Source: Rebecca billardiae RCC1528 (Eukaryota > Protista > Haptophyta). From it: a stretch of DNA of 64,000 nt. Both the position numbers and the translations under genes were made by a program. Shown piece after piece: positions 45,101-57,194 of this stretch (positions are counted from its first letter, which is position 1; every line of letters starts with the position of its first letter). The notes beneath the pieces were generated by a model. The model did no database searches and had not been told where the DNA came from. It saw only the letters and a list, made by a program, of their open reading frames with translations. The stretch spans positions 248,001 to 312,000 of the forward strand of contig OZ251239.1 of the NCBI GenBank assembly GCA_965240325.2, written 5' to 3'.

Positions 45101-47821
45101 ATGCGGGCTGCGCAGGGGATCAGCGTGGTGATGGCGGGCCTGCTCCTCCTTCTCTCCTTCAACTACTTCCAGCCGCTCCGTCAGCCCTCCTCCAGGGCCA
45201 CGGGCGTGTATGAGCGCCAGGCCTCCTCGTTCGATTTGTTCGACCCGCACGCGGTCGCTGCGGCAGGCCGCACGGCCGAGCGGATGGCCATGCTGCAGCA
45301 GGCGATGCGGCGCGCAGCGCAGGTGGAGGACTTTGACGAGGCGAAGCGGCTGAAGCTCGAGATCGAGGCGCTCCGGAGAGCCGCCGCCTCGGTCGAGAGC
45401 CCGGTGCTCGCAGCGGAGCGGCGCCGGCACGCGCTCGCGGGGCAGCCCGCGGCCGCGGCGGTGCAGGCGGTGGCGCCGGTGTTGGCGGGCGCGCCCGCGG
45501 CGGCAGCAGCCGAGCCAACCCCCAAGCCGGCGGTCGTCGCCGTCGGCTCGGCGCTCGCGCCTGCGCCGGCGGCGAGCGCGGCGAGCGCGGGCGCGGGCGA
45601 CGCGCCGCTGCAGGGTTGTCTGGTCTCGGCGTGGGATTCGGCGTGGCTCGTGTTCGCGAACGGCACGCGCTCGTGGCTCGCGCACGCGTCGAGCGGGTGC
45701 AAGGCGAAGGCCACGCGCGTCGACGTCTCGATGATCCCGAAGAACGAGGGCGCCGGCCGCACCTACGCGCTCAACGCGGCGCAGTCGGCGGCGGCGTGCG
45801 ACGCGGGCGCGCCGTGCCCTGCGCAGCGCGCCGTGTCTCCGTCGGCCAAGGGCCCGCCGCCGATGGAGGAGGCGGAGGGCGCGTGCGTGAACGCGGCGAT
45901 CTTCGCGCCCGTCACGCCCGCCGCCCCCTCCGCCACGTCGCAGCCCTCCTCCGACCACCGGCTCACCAAGGAGCTCGTGCAGCGCTATGCGACGCTCGAG
46001 GACAACTCGATCATTGTCACGTTTGTCAACTCGCACTACCTTGACTTTGCGCTCACGTGGGTGAAGCACCTGCGCGAGGCGGGGTGCGACAACTTCCTGG
46101 TGGGCGCGATGGACGCCAAGGTGCGCAGCGCAGCGCAGCGCACCGCACCGCACCGCACCGCACCGCACCGCACCGCCCGCCGCCGCGCTCGGGGCGGGCT
46201 GTGAGGTGGGCGGCGGGGCCGCGCGGCGCCGCGCGGGGGCGTGCACGCCGCGACACCTCGCTCAGAGCTTGGCGCCCCCGCCGCGCGGCCGCGGCCGCGC
46301 GCGCGCGCGCCCGCCCGCGCACGCAGGTGCTTGACGAGCTGCGCACGCGGCAGATCCAGGCGTTCACGATGGTCGACGGCGGCGTCGTCGCGCGCGACCT
46401 GGGCTGGGGCTCGCCTGCGTTCAAGAAGGCGCAGCAGGTGAAGGTGCAAATGTTTGCGGACGTGCTCGCGCTCGGCTTCAACGTGCTGCTCGCCGACATC
46501 GACGCGATCTTCCTGCGCAACCCGATGCCGTACTTCCGCTGCTTCCCGGACGCGGACGTGCTCGTCTCGTCCGACCACCTGCACAACTCGACCACCGACG
46601 GCGGGCTCGAGCTCGCCACCTCCTCCGGCGCCACCCTCAACGTCGGGATGCTTTTCGTGCGCGCGCGGCCGGCCGCGCTCGAGATGATGCAGGCGTGGGC
46701 CAAGGCGTGCTCCGACAACCTCAACTTCTGGGAGCAGGCGGTGTTCAACGAGCTGGCGAAGAACGAGCGCGGGCTGGACGTGGCCGACCCGAAGCTCGCG
46801 CCCCGCCGCCGCTTCAAGCTGTACGGGCGCAAGCTCGTGGGCGGCGTGCTTCCCGTCTCGCTCTTCTGCTCGGGGCACACGGGCTTTGTCCAGCGCATGT
46901 ACGAGCAGCTTGGCTTCCAGACGCCGTACGCGCTGCACGCCACCTTCCAGTACTCGGGCACGCGCGGCAAGAAGCACCGCTTCAGGGAGGTGATGGTGTG
47001 GGAGGACACCTCCGACTACTACGACCCGCCGCCCGACCTCTCCGCCGGCTTCGTGCGCTACCAGCCCGAGCTGCCCGCCGAGCTGACGCGTCCGCCGTGG
47101 GTGGGTGTGACGGACACGCAGCGGCACCTCACGCTGGTCGCGACGCAGATGGCGGCGATGCGCGACGCGCTCGCGCTCGCCAAGGCGACGAACCGGCTGC
47201 TGATCATGCCGCGCCTCGTGTGCGGCTACGACAAGTACTGGGCCGGCATGCCGGAAGGCATGATCCCCGGCTCCGCGCTCAAGCTGCCGATCTGGAAGTG
47301 CCCTATGGATCACGTCTTTGAGCTCGAGCGGTTTGAGCAGCCCGAGCGGCTGCTGCGCGAGTGGTCGTTCCTGCTGAATAAGCGCACGCCCGAGCGCGTG
47401 AAGGGCTCGGTGGCGAAGGCGCACGTGCCGGAGCTGCCCGCCGGCAGCGCGGCCGACGTGCGCGGCGCGCTCGAGCGCGCCGGCGTCGACCTCAGCAAGA
47501 GGTGGGCCGCGCGCGAGCGCGAGTGCCGCCCCCGCGCGTGCGGCGAGCCTTCAGCTGGCAGCGCGCGGCCGCGACGGCTCGCGTGCTGACGCGCGCGCGC
47601 CGCGCGCCGTGGCACGCGCGCACGGCCGCAGGGTACTCGACCTCACCGCCGTGCCACACTACACGCAGGTGCTCGCGGGGAGCGAGCGCAAGGCCTTCGA
47701 GGGCGCTGTCGGCAAAATGGGCGGACACTTCTGCTGCAACCCCAAGGGGGCGCGCCCGATTACGTATCGGATGCCGCTGGGCACGCCGCAGGACCGCGTG
47801 GGCGAGGTGAAGGCGCACTAG
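45101..47821 (+). CDS. Nucleotide-diphospho-sugar transferase (GT77, XEG113-like) with a UVR motif in the stem
   Basis: Exons 45101-46120, 46327-47501 and 47632-47821 (GT-AG). N-terminal TM anchor. Motifs IIVTFVN..DFALTW, GAMD, LGWGS..F, LADID (DxD), NVGMLF, WEQAVFNEL, LFCSGH, HATFQY...KHRFRE and CPMDHVF. Confidence 0.9.
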
Positions 47822-48861
47822 CGCCGCCGAGGCTCCAGGGGCGCCTGCTTGTCCTCGCGGGCAGGCTGGCGTCTGACGTGCTGACTAGCGCGCGTGACAC
47901 GCTGTCACGCTGGAGTGCGCGCAGCTGCTGGCAAAAAAGTATATATAGGAATAATGATCGGCTACGCCGATCTTCGGGTAGGGAACAACGAAGTTGAGGG
48001 CGCACGGCCCTAGTGGCTAGTGCTAGTCACCATCACGCAGGTCGCAGCTTGTGAATGTGAGCAGCAGCCGCGGCTTGTGATGTGACACGGTCACACGCCC
48101 ACGGTCGGACGTTCGGACGGTGCCGGTGCGGCGGGGGCAGCGGCGGCGCGACGGCGTCGGCGGTGGCGCGCTCGCACAGCGTCTGCAGCACGTAAGCGCA
48201 GCGTGACTGCGTGTGCAGCAGCGCGCCGCTCAGCTCCCACCGCTCCACGCCGCCGCAGCGGCGCGCGCGGCGCGCGCCCGCCTCGGCCGCGGCCGCGCCC
48301 GCCACCGTCCGTCGCGCCGCCGCCAGCTGCGCTGCAGCGTGACTGCGTGTGCAGCAGCGCGCCGCTCAGCTCCCGCCGCTCCACGCCGCCGCAGCGGCGC
48401 GCGCGGCGCGCGCCCGCCTCGGCCGCGGCCGCGCCCGCCACCGTCCGTCGCGCCGCCGCCCAGCTGCTGCGCCGTCGGTGACGGCGGCGGGTCGAGTGCG
48501 GAGAGGAGGTGGATGAGCCAGTGCAGCCCGGACTGCGTGACGTCCACGTCCACCACCGCGTCCTCCTTCGCCACCGCCATCTCCTCCGCCCGCCTCGCCC
48601 CCCAGCGGCAGTCCCACCACCCAGGCGGCGACCGGCCCGCGGCGCGCGCCGCGGGCGCCCGTGACGCGCCGCCGCTGCCGTCGGCGGCGGCGATCGCGGC
48701 GGCGAGCGGCGATCGCGGCAGCCCGTCGGGCGGCGGCGGCGGCGCGCCGCCGCCCTCCGCTCCGCCCTCCGACGCCGCCCTCCGACGCCGCCCTCCGACG
48801 CCGCCCTCCGACGCCACCCTAAGACGCCGCCGCCTCCGATCCGCCCCGCCGCCTCCTGCGG

Positions 48862-51708
48862 CTTGCAAACCAAGCCCCCCAAAACGGGATGGGCGAGCAC
48901 TGGGCGACGCGAGGGCCCGCCTGCGCAGCGCTCCCAAGGCCGCATGCGGGCGTGACAGCCGTGCGCGGGCACTTTGTGGGGGCAAGAAGACCCGTAGGCA
49001 GCAATCGCGCCGCCTCGTCGACGCCCTCACCGCCCTCTCCGCGCGCAGAGACCTGCCGGATGGCACGCGCAGTTCTGGAGAAGGCCTGTCCGACGAGCGT
49101 GATGGGCACGCGTGCGCCCCTGGGGCATTCAAAGGTCGGCTTTTTCGCTTCTGCGAGATGGGTATGGGTGTACTCAACATCAGTGCTTCGCCGGCAGCCA
49201 TGCCGACATCGATCAGACCGCACACACACGCTCGACAGCTGGCAGGCCAGCAACCGGTTGAAATGGCGGCGCGTGTGATCACAAGGCTGTCGGCGAGGAG
49301 ACCGCAGTGCGAGCCAAAGGAGGGCGCGCAAGACATGCATCTCGGTCGTGAGGCGTGCATGAGCCGCGAGCACGGGCACGACGTGCACGGCAAAGCCCGT
49401 CATGCGCCTCGACGCGCACGCGCCGCGGGGGACGACCGAGGAGGGCGCGCGCAGGCTGGCCTTCTTGGCGGCGGCTGTCCGGGAGTGCCCGCGCACGCGC
49501 AACCTGTATTCAAAAAGCTCCCGGATGACACAGGGCTTGGGGCGTTAACCCCCGAACCAGTCCGGAGAGATTGCGCCTCCCGGACGGCAACCCTCCCCAG
49601 TGGGTGGGGTGCCGTCCGGGAGGTGAGTCCGGCGCGCCGCCTCTGCGCCAACGGCGTCAGGCCAGGCGTGCCGTCGCAGGCGCTGCGCCGCTGCGGCGGG
49701 CATGGCGCGCGTCATTCTGACTGACGGCCTCCCAGACGGCGTGATCCTCGCGCACGAGGACGGCGCGCTGTCCGTGTACACTGCCCGCTTCACAGCCGGT
49801 GCTGGGGGCGACCTCCGCTTCGCAGGCGCGCCCGCTCCTGGAGCGATTGCGCTCCATGCTGTGCGCGTGGCGGATTGGTTCCCGACGCCGGCCAAATGCA
49901 AGGGCACCGGCGGGTTCCTGCTTCCCGGCGCCGCAGATGCGCTCGACCTCATCGTCGGCTTCGAGGTGGTCCGCGAGCCCGCCCACTTCCGCTCGATCGA
50001 AACCGCGGTTGAGTGGCGCGGCGCTGGCGCCGAGCGGAAGCGGGTGTTTCGAAATGTGATGTGGATGCAGCCAGCCCGCGACAGCTGTGTGCGCCGTGCG
50101 GCAGCTGCTCGTACGCCCGGCGGTGTGCGCGCTGTCGGCGGCGCACAAGGATGCGCTCAAGCCTCTCGACGGCCAGGTGACGGCTGGCGACCTGATGCCC
50201 GCGCTCGTCGCGGCCGCGGCACGCCTCTTGCCTGGTCTCGAGGTGCCGACGCCGCCGGCCGCGGCCGCGCCCGCACAGCACGCGGGTACGGCAGCAGCGG
50301 CGAGAGATGGAACCGCCGTCGATGGGCTCGACGCCCACCTAGAAGAAGACGAAGAAGTCCGGCGCGGGCGATGGCGGCAGCGCGAGCGCGCGCGCGTGCC
50401 CCGCGCCAGCGCTCGCATAGTGCACCGCATGCCGCGCGCTCGGCATCTGCGAGTGGGTGAGGAACGGGCATGCGAGCAGCGCCTGCCCGTGCGCGTCACC
50501 GCCTCCGGGTGCGTCGTCGAGCGAGATCACGCCACGGCAGGCGGCGGCCAAGCACGAGTCCGCCATCGCCACCGCGAGGAAGTTCTCGGTCAAGACGGAG
50601 ACGCGCGCGGACCGTCTGTCGTGCCCGAGCTCACCTCAGCACGGCGCGCGTACTGGGCGCTTTGGCGCGCCGCTTAAACTACTGTACCGATAAATGTATG
50701 TGATGATGAGCGCTGATGACACTGATGCATCAGCAAATCGCGCAGTGATGATGACGATGTATATGTAAATCAACCAGGCTGTGCAGTCTTATTTTAAAGC
50801 GACTACGACGACTATCCGAGCAGGTCGCTACGCGGCCCACGGCCACCGCGTCCGCGGCACCGACTACGTCTACTGTACTGTGGCAGGCGGCACGCGCGCG
50901 CGCGCGCACGCCACCTACGCCAACAGAGACAGAAGGGCCGGTCTGGTGGGTACGAAGTGGTCGAACGCGAGCGTGCACAGCGGCATCGCCTGCGTCTGGC
51001 GTGATGAACTCGGAGCGGAAGGTCGAGAGTCGACAAGGCCCATGTGCCGGGACGTCACAGGGCAGAGCCGCTCGGCACTCCTCGGCAGCATCGACGACAT
51101 AGCAACCCGTATCAGCGTGCCCATGGGGCATCTTGGACCGGGGTACTCACAGACGACCCCCAGGCTGCGGCTGGCACCGATTCGCCCGCTGGGAAGCGAA
51201 GGATGCCTCCATGCAGAGCATACCCTGCGGGCTGCCGCGAGGTGCACCATTCGTGAGTTACGCGCGCAGTGCGCGAGCACTTGCCAGTGGCAAGGGCGCG
51301 CGCAGAACGCCGGGCGCGTGCGCCCGAGCGGTGTATAACATGCGTGCCCACTCGCCCATGCCGTGCCCCGACCTTAATTGGCCCTATCCGCGCCGAGCGC
51401 GCGCCCTTGGTGCGCGCGCCGGCTCGCTTGGCAGGCGTTGATGGCTTGGCAGCGGGCTACTGCGCGCGGCGAGGAGCGCGAGAGGACAGGAAAAGAGGCG
51501 CGCGCGGTGCCCACGTGTCCTGTGGACCGCGCCGATCAGCCGCGCCGGCCTGCAGCGCCGGTAGGCGGGCGCACGCGCGCCTCTCGTGGGCGCGCCATCG
51601 TGTCCGGGCCGCTGCGAGCCCGATCTCGGGGGTTGACGTCCCAAGCACAGGGGGGTATACCCCCTGTGTCACCGTTGAGCCAGGCCTTTGGGGGGCTTGG
51701 TTCGCAAG
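48862..51708. mobile_element. Non-autonomous DNA transposon, family B (CTTG...CAAG ends, 7-bp TSD), hosting a nested family A copy
   Basis: TIR CTTGCAAACCAAGCCCCCCAAA / TTTGGGGGGCTTGGTTCGCAAG. TSD CCTGCGG at 48855-48861 and 51709-51715. The element is absent from the paralogous site at ~54235-54245. Confidence 0.9.
49536..51645. mobile_element. Non-autonomous DNA transposon, family A copy 2 (inverted relative to copy 1)
   Basis: TIR CTTGGGGCGTTAACCCCCGA / TCGGGGGTTGACGTCCCAAG. TSD CACAGGG at 49529-49535 and 51646-51652. Confidence 0.92.
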
Positions 51709-52417
51709 CCTGCGGGCGACTGCGCTCGGATGACGAGCCGGCGCCCCGGCCCGGGCGGCGGCTGGGCGGCAGCGACCAGCGTGGGCGGCCAACGGTGCTG
51801 ACGGAGGAGTTGACCGAACGCGACGCGCTCTCCGCCGCTGACGGAGGAGTTGACGGAGGTCGTGCGCGCGAGGTCGGCGGCGGTGTGCGCGGCGGCGCTG
51901 GGCAAGTGCGCCAGCCTCTCGGGCAGCACATGCCCCGCCGCGCGCCCGCCGCCGCCCAGGCTCCCGCGCTCGGCCTCGCGCCGCCGCGCCGCCGCGCGGT
52001 CCGAGAGCAGACGCCTGTCGACCGGATAGCTCAGATTTGCGACGCAGCCTGCGGAGAGGGTGGCGCATGCGGCGGGCTCGGCGGGTCGAGCGCGCAGTGC
52101 GCGATCACCTCGAGCAGCAGCTGCGCCACCTCGTACGCGCGCAGCATCGGCGCGTCCGGTCGCATCACCTGCAGTCGGTACTCGGTCGCCAGCAAGCCGC
52201 GGAGCCGCGGCGGCGGCGGCACGCGGGCGGCCGCCGCCGGCGAGGGTGAGGACGGACATGCCATTCGGCGCACCTCCCTCGACTGCGCCGCCACCATCGC
52301 CCTCGCTCCCTTCAGCCGCCGCCCCCGACGCCTCCGCCTCCGCCTCCGCCGCACCGACGACGCCGCACCACGCAGCCAGCCAGCCACCCGTGCCGGTGGC
52401 ACTTTGTTTGGATCGTC

Positions 52418-53000
52418 GTGACGTCGTATGGAGCGCTCGTTGGAATTTGAGCGGGGGTGGAACTTGACACCGCATTTCCCAGCGAAGTGCCCCATCTCGG
52501 CGGGGCTGGCACGGTCGGCACACGCTCCTGAGCGCTCGCTTCGCGGTGCGGCAGGCCTTGGGCAGCCCAGACAGACATGCCGCGACCGAATTACCGGGCC
52601 ATGCGCGCACCACACCGCGCTACATGGCCTGCGCGCTGGATGACTGAGAGGCAACGCCGAACCACGCCGAACCACTGCATTCCACTGCCCCGCATGCACC
52701 CCGAGTCACCTTCAGAGGGCGTCGACGAGCGCAGAGCGGGTGCGTGGGAGTTCGACCAACTCGTGTACCTTCTTGCAAGCACCAGCGGCGAGGTCGCAAG
52801 CCGAACCTTGACCAGCCGTGGAACTTGAGCCGGTCGGCAGCAAAACCACCGTAGTTTAACCCGGATCAAGTTAGCCGAGCGTGCGAGGAGGAGGCGCGGT
52901 GCGCGTCCGCGGCTGGCGAGAGGCGTCCGGACCGTGCCGTTCTCGGCCGCGCCCGCGCGCTTCCCGCCGCCGCAGGCCCCAAGAGCGCTCCATACGTCAC
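52418..53000. mobile_element. Putative ~580-bp MITE
   Basis: Imperfect inverted ends gtgacg(tcg)tatggagcgctc(g)ttgg / ccaagagcgctccatacgtcac. The segment is absent from duplication copy II (~54875). TSD unclear. Confidence 0.6.
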
Positions 53001-53466
53001 CTCACGCGCAACTTTTTGCGATCATCATTCGGATCAGAGTCTGTCCAGGACAGCGTGCACCCATTTGAATCAGAGAGCTCTTATTGATTGCAGATAGAGC
53101 ACAAACTTGACAAACGCGTCGATTCACACCCGCATTGGTTTTGAATCAATTGGCAATACGGGGTGAGGAATCTTGAATCACAACCGTAATTATTGACCTT
53201 TCCGCTCAGGCTGTCCAGGACACACTCACCACACTTCTTTCATCTGAGCGAGAGCTCTTAATCCTCGCAGATACTGTAGAGATGTCGAATGCCACCCGCG
53301 CATGCAGCCTACTGAGAAACCGGAGACTGACTTCGTAGTAGTCCGTAGGCTGCGCTCGGGCTACCGCCGAACGGCTAAGAAACCGAGACTAGCCGTGAGA
53401 TCTCTGATGACTTCTTTAATAATTGCCCGCGCGATTGCCTGTATAGTATTGCCGGGATGTCATCTT

Positions 53467-56213
53467 ATAATGATCGGCTACGCCGATCTTCGGGTAGTGA
53501 ACAACGAAGTTGGGGGCGCACGGCCGGACGGCCCTAGTGGCTAGTGCTCAGAGTCACCGATCACGCAGCTTGTGAATGTGAGCAGCAGCCGCGGCTTGTG
53601 ACGACACGGTCGGACGGTCGGACGGTGCCGGTGCGGCGGGGGCAGCGGCGGCGCGACGGCGTCGGCGGTGGCGCGCTCGCACAGCGTCCTGCAGCACGTA
53701 AGCGCAGCGTGACTGCGTGTGCAGCAGCGCGCCGCTCAGCTCCCGCCGCTCCACGCCGCCGCAGCGGCGCGCGCGGCGCGCGCCCGCTTCGGCCGCGGCC
53801 GCGCCCGCCACCGTCCGTCGCGCCGCCGCCAGCTGCTGCGCCGTCGCCGTCGGTGACGGCGGCGGGTCGAGTGCGGAGAGGAGGTGGATGAGCCAGTGCA
53901 GCCCGGACTGCGTGACGTCCACGTCCACCACCGCGTCCTCCTTCGCCACCGCCATCTCCTCCGCCCGCCCCGCCCCCCAGCGGCGGTCCCACCACCCAGG
54001 CGGCGACCGGCCCGGCGCGCGCTGCGGGCGCCCGCGCGCCGCCGCTGCCGTCGGCGGCGGCGATCGCGGCGGCGAGCGGCGATCGCGGCAGCCCGTCGGG
54101 CGGCGGCGGCGGCGCGCCGCCGCCCTCCGCTCCGCCCTCCGACGCCGCCCTCCGACGCCGCCCTCCGACGCCGCCCTCCGACGCCGCCCTCCGACGCCGC
54201 CCTCCGACGCCGCCGCCTCCGATCCGCCCCGCCGCCGCCGGGCGACTGCGCTCGGATGACGAACCGGCTGGGCGGCAGCGACCAGCCGCGTGGGCGGCGT
54301 GACGCGACGCGCTCTCCGCCGCTGACGGAGGAGTTGACGGAGGTCGTGCGCGCGAGGTCGGCGGCGGTGTGCGCGGCGGCGCTGGGCGAGTGCGCCAGCC
54401 TCTCGGGCAGCACATGCCCCGCCGCGCGCCCGCCGCCGCCCAGGCTCCCGCGCTCGGCCTCGCGCCGCACCGCCGCGCGGTCCGAGTGCAGACGCCTGTC
54501 GACCGGATAGGTCAGATTTGCGACGCAGCCTGCGGAGAGGGTGGCGCATGCGGCGGGCTCGGCGGGGTCGAGCGCGCAGTGCGCGATCACCTCGAGCAGC
54601 AGCTGCGCCACCCCGTACGCGCGCAGCATCGGCGCGTCCGGTCGCATCACCCGTGCAGTCCGGTCGCCAGCAAGCCGCGGAGCCGCGGCGGCGGCGGCAC
54701 GCGGGCGGCCGCCGCCGGCGAGGGTGAGGACGGACATGCCATTCGGCGCACCTCCCTCGACTGCGCCGCCACCATCGCCCTCGCTCCCTTCAGCCGCCTC
54801 CCCCGACGCCTCCGCCTCCGCCTCCGCCGCACCGACGCCGCCGCACCCGCGGCACTTTGCCGACGTTGGATCGTCGTCACCGAGCCGTCACGCGCAACTT
54901 TTCGTGCCGATCATCATTATTGATCAGAGTCTGTCCAGGACAGCGTACACCCATTTGAATCAGAGAGCTCTTATTGATCGCAGATAGAGCACAAACGCGT
55001 CGATTCATACCCGCATTGGCTTTGCGGATATCCCACTGCGATCCTATCCCATAGGATTCAATCCTATGGCATAGGATGGCCCCAGGGACGACTCAGCAGA
55101 CGACATTTTCTCATGTTGCCGAATGGTACGACTGCACCTAGGGGTCGGTAGCAGTGTCGCCACCATCCGCCAGAGCGAGCTTGTTGTGATTTTCGACCAC
55201 CACCGCATGTTTTGGGCTCCACGGATGGAGCGCGTGAAGCCGTCGCGGTCGTTGCCGCCTTGCGACTCCACGGTGGCAACGCCGACCAACATGTGGCACT
55301 TGTGATGACACCCAGCTTGATGCTCACACATCGTGGTTCACTGTGTTCGACCGGAGCCGTACGAGGTTCAATCACAATGCGTTTTGGTCCTCGCCAAGCA
55401 TGGCATTGTACGTCACGCCGGGGCTGCGCGCACAAGCCGCTGCGGGTCGCTCGCGTCGTCAGGTGGTTGCGATCGAGCATCGGCACGCATGTAGAGCAAG
55501 CCTCGGAGGTAGCCGGAACATCTTGCCATGTCGCGTGCGTGGATGGTATCGCACCTGTAGACACGCCATGCGTGTGCCGCAGTCGATTGACGCGACGCTC
55601 GACCCGCACGCTCTTGGATTCGTGGGCTAGTGGTCCACAAGGACGGCCGCCACCATCGTGGGAGGTCCGTGGCCGCACGCACGATGGCGGTTGCCCTCTC
55701 TTCGCCCCGCCCCAGAATCGGTGTGCCACGGGCAGCAACGCGCCTGGCGGCGTGGGCGGCGGTGCGGGCGGCAGCGCGGGCATCCGGTGCGAGCACTCGC
55801 CTGCGCCGTCCGTGCCCAGGGTCGCCGCTCGGCTGCCAGGGGCGAGCAACTGACGCTGTCATGCCGATCCTATGTAGCCGTCCCTGCCCGCGGATCCTAT
55901 GGCATAGGATCGCGCGCGCGCGCGCGGTCGCGCGCGCGCGCGCGCGACCGCCGTGGCAGTGGCGGCAGGCGGAGATGGTGTGTGTCGACAGCCGGTGGAG
56001 TTGTGTGTACGATATAGCAACACCGATGATCGTATGCGCAGAACTGAGCCGCTGGCGCTCTGGTGAACTCATCCTATGCCATAGGATCAGATCCTATCTG
56101 TTGCAGTGGGATATCCGTTTGAATCAGTTGGCAATACGGGGTGAGGAATCTTGAATCACAACCGTGATTGTTGACCTTTCCGCTCAGGCTGTCCAGGACA
56201 CACTCACCACACT
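53467..56213. repeat. Tandem segmental duplication, copy II
   Basis: See copy I. It carries a different insertion (55025-56117). Confidence 0.85.
55025..56117. mobile_element. Non-autonomous DNA transposon, family C copy 1 (4-bp TSD)
   Basis: 15-bp TIR CGGATATCCCACTGC. TSD TTTG at 55021-55024 and 56118-56121. The empty site is visible at ~53131-53160. Palindromic ATCCTATNNCATAGGAT subterminal repeats at 55041, 55061, ~55894 and 56071. Confidence 0.9.
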
Positions 56214-57194
56214 ATTCTAGCGCAGTTCTCTTAAGAGAAGAGGGATGCGTCTAATCTAAAACGCTGTTTTTCAGAAGCGCGTGAATCAAAGCTGACGACC
56301 CAACCTATCGTTTCTATGGTTGGCGAGCTGTTTCAGGCTCTTACAATTCAGGCATCTTTAATAGGGGGTCCATGACAGCAGCCCACTGAATTGTGATTTT
56401 CGACAACCATGCGATTTAGGTGTCTGACGAGCGTGGCGCTTGCGGAGGCACCCACAAATATGTCCTGGAACCCAGCCCAGCCGTCAGAAGCACCCAAAAC
56501 CGACTCCGAGTCCGCGCGTCGTCGCGCGGTCGTGCGCGCACGCCAGCTGCGCCACTGTGTCACATACAGATTCAGCCAAACGTCAACGACTTGTTATGGC
56601 GGCTAAATGACGGTATGTCGTCGGACTTACTTATTCATAACCGTTGCAACCCGCCCCAACAAAATTAAGGTGGACTTGCTAAATTTTAGTAGGCACGATG
56701 AGTGCGCGTAGAGGTCGGTGAAAAACTACTCCAAGATCGAGCATGTTACCCACTTAATTAGAGACATGTACCCGTATACATGCACTCACCCACCCGTTTA
56801 TTATACAATGCGGGTGGGTTTTAAATATATATTCAGGGTGGTGTCAATATGGGGGTACCTTGTTCACTATTCGTGACACTGGGTCATCCGAATAGGCCGC
56901 GCCGCCGCGCGGAGTGACGGCGGGCTCATGCCACCGTCAAACCGTCCCGCAGCAGGCCCGGACGGACCTGATGCGGGCGGCGGGCTGCAAGCCGAAGCAC
57001 ACTACCAAGCGCACCTCTGAGCATGCCACCATCCCCATAGTCGTGAAGGAGTCCTCCGCCATCGACGCTTGCGTGCGCAGACTAGCAGTCATCGCCGCCG
57101 CAGAGCTTGCCGCGGCCGTTCGGCGACTTCCGTGCCCGTGCTCTGTGTCACCGGCGTCGTCGCCGTTCGTCGTACCCCAGCCCACGCGAGGCCG

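Larger units (their letters stand above)
47951..53235. repeat. Tandem segmental duplication, copy I (decayed minus-strand gene remnant; three insertions and an internal 136-bp duplication)
   Basis: Aligns piecewise to 53467-56213 from ataatgatcggctacgccgatcttcgggtag to caggacacactcaccacact. Contains a 13-bp ccgacgccgccct minisatellite. Confidence 0.85.
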
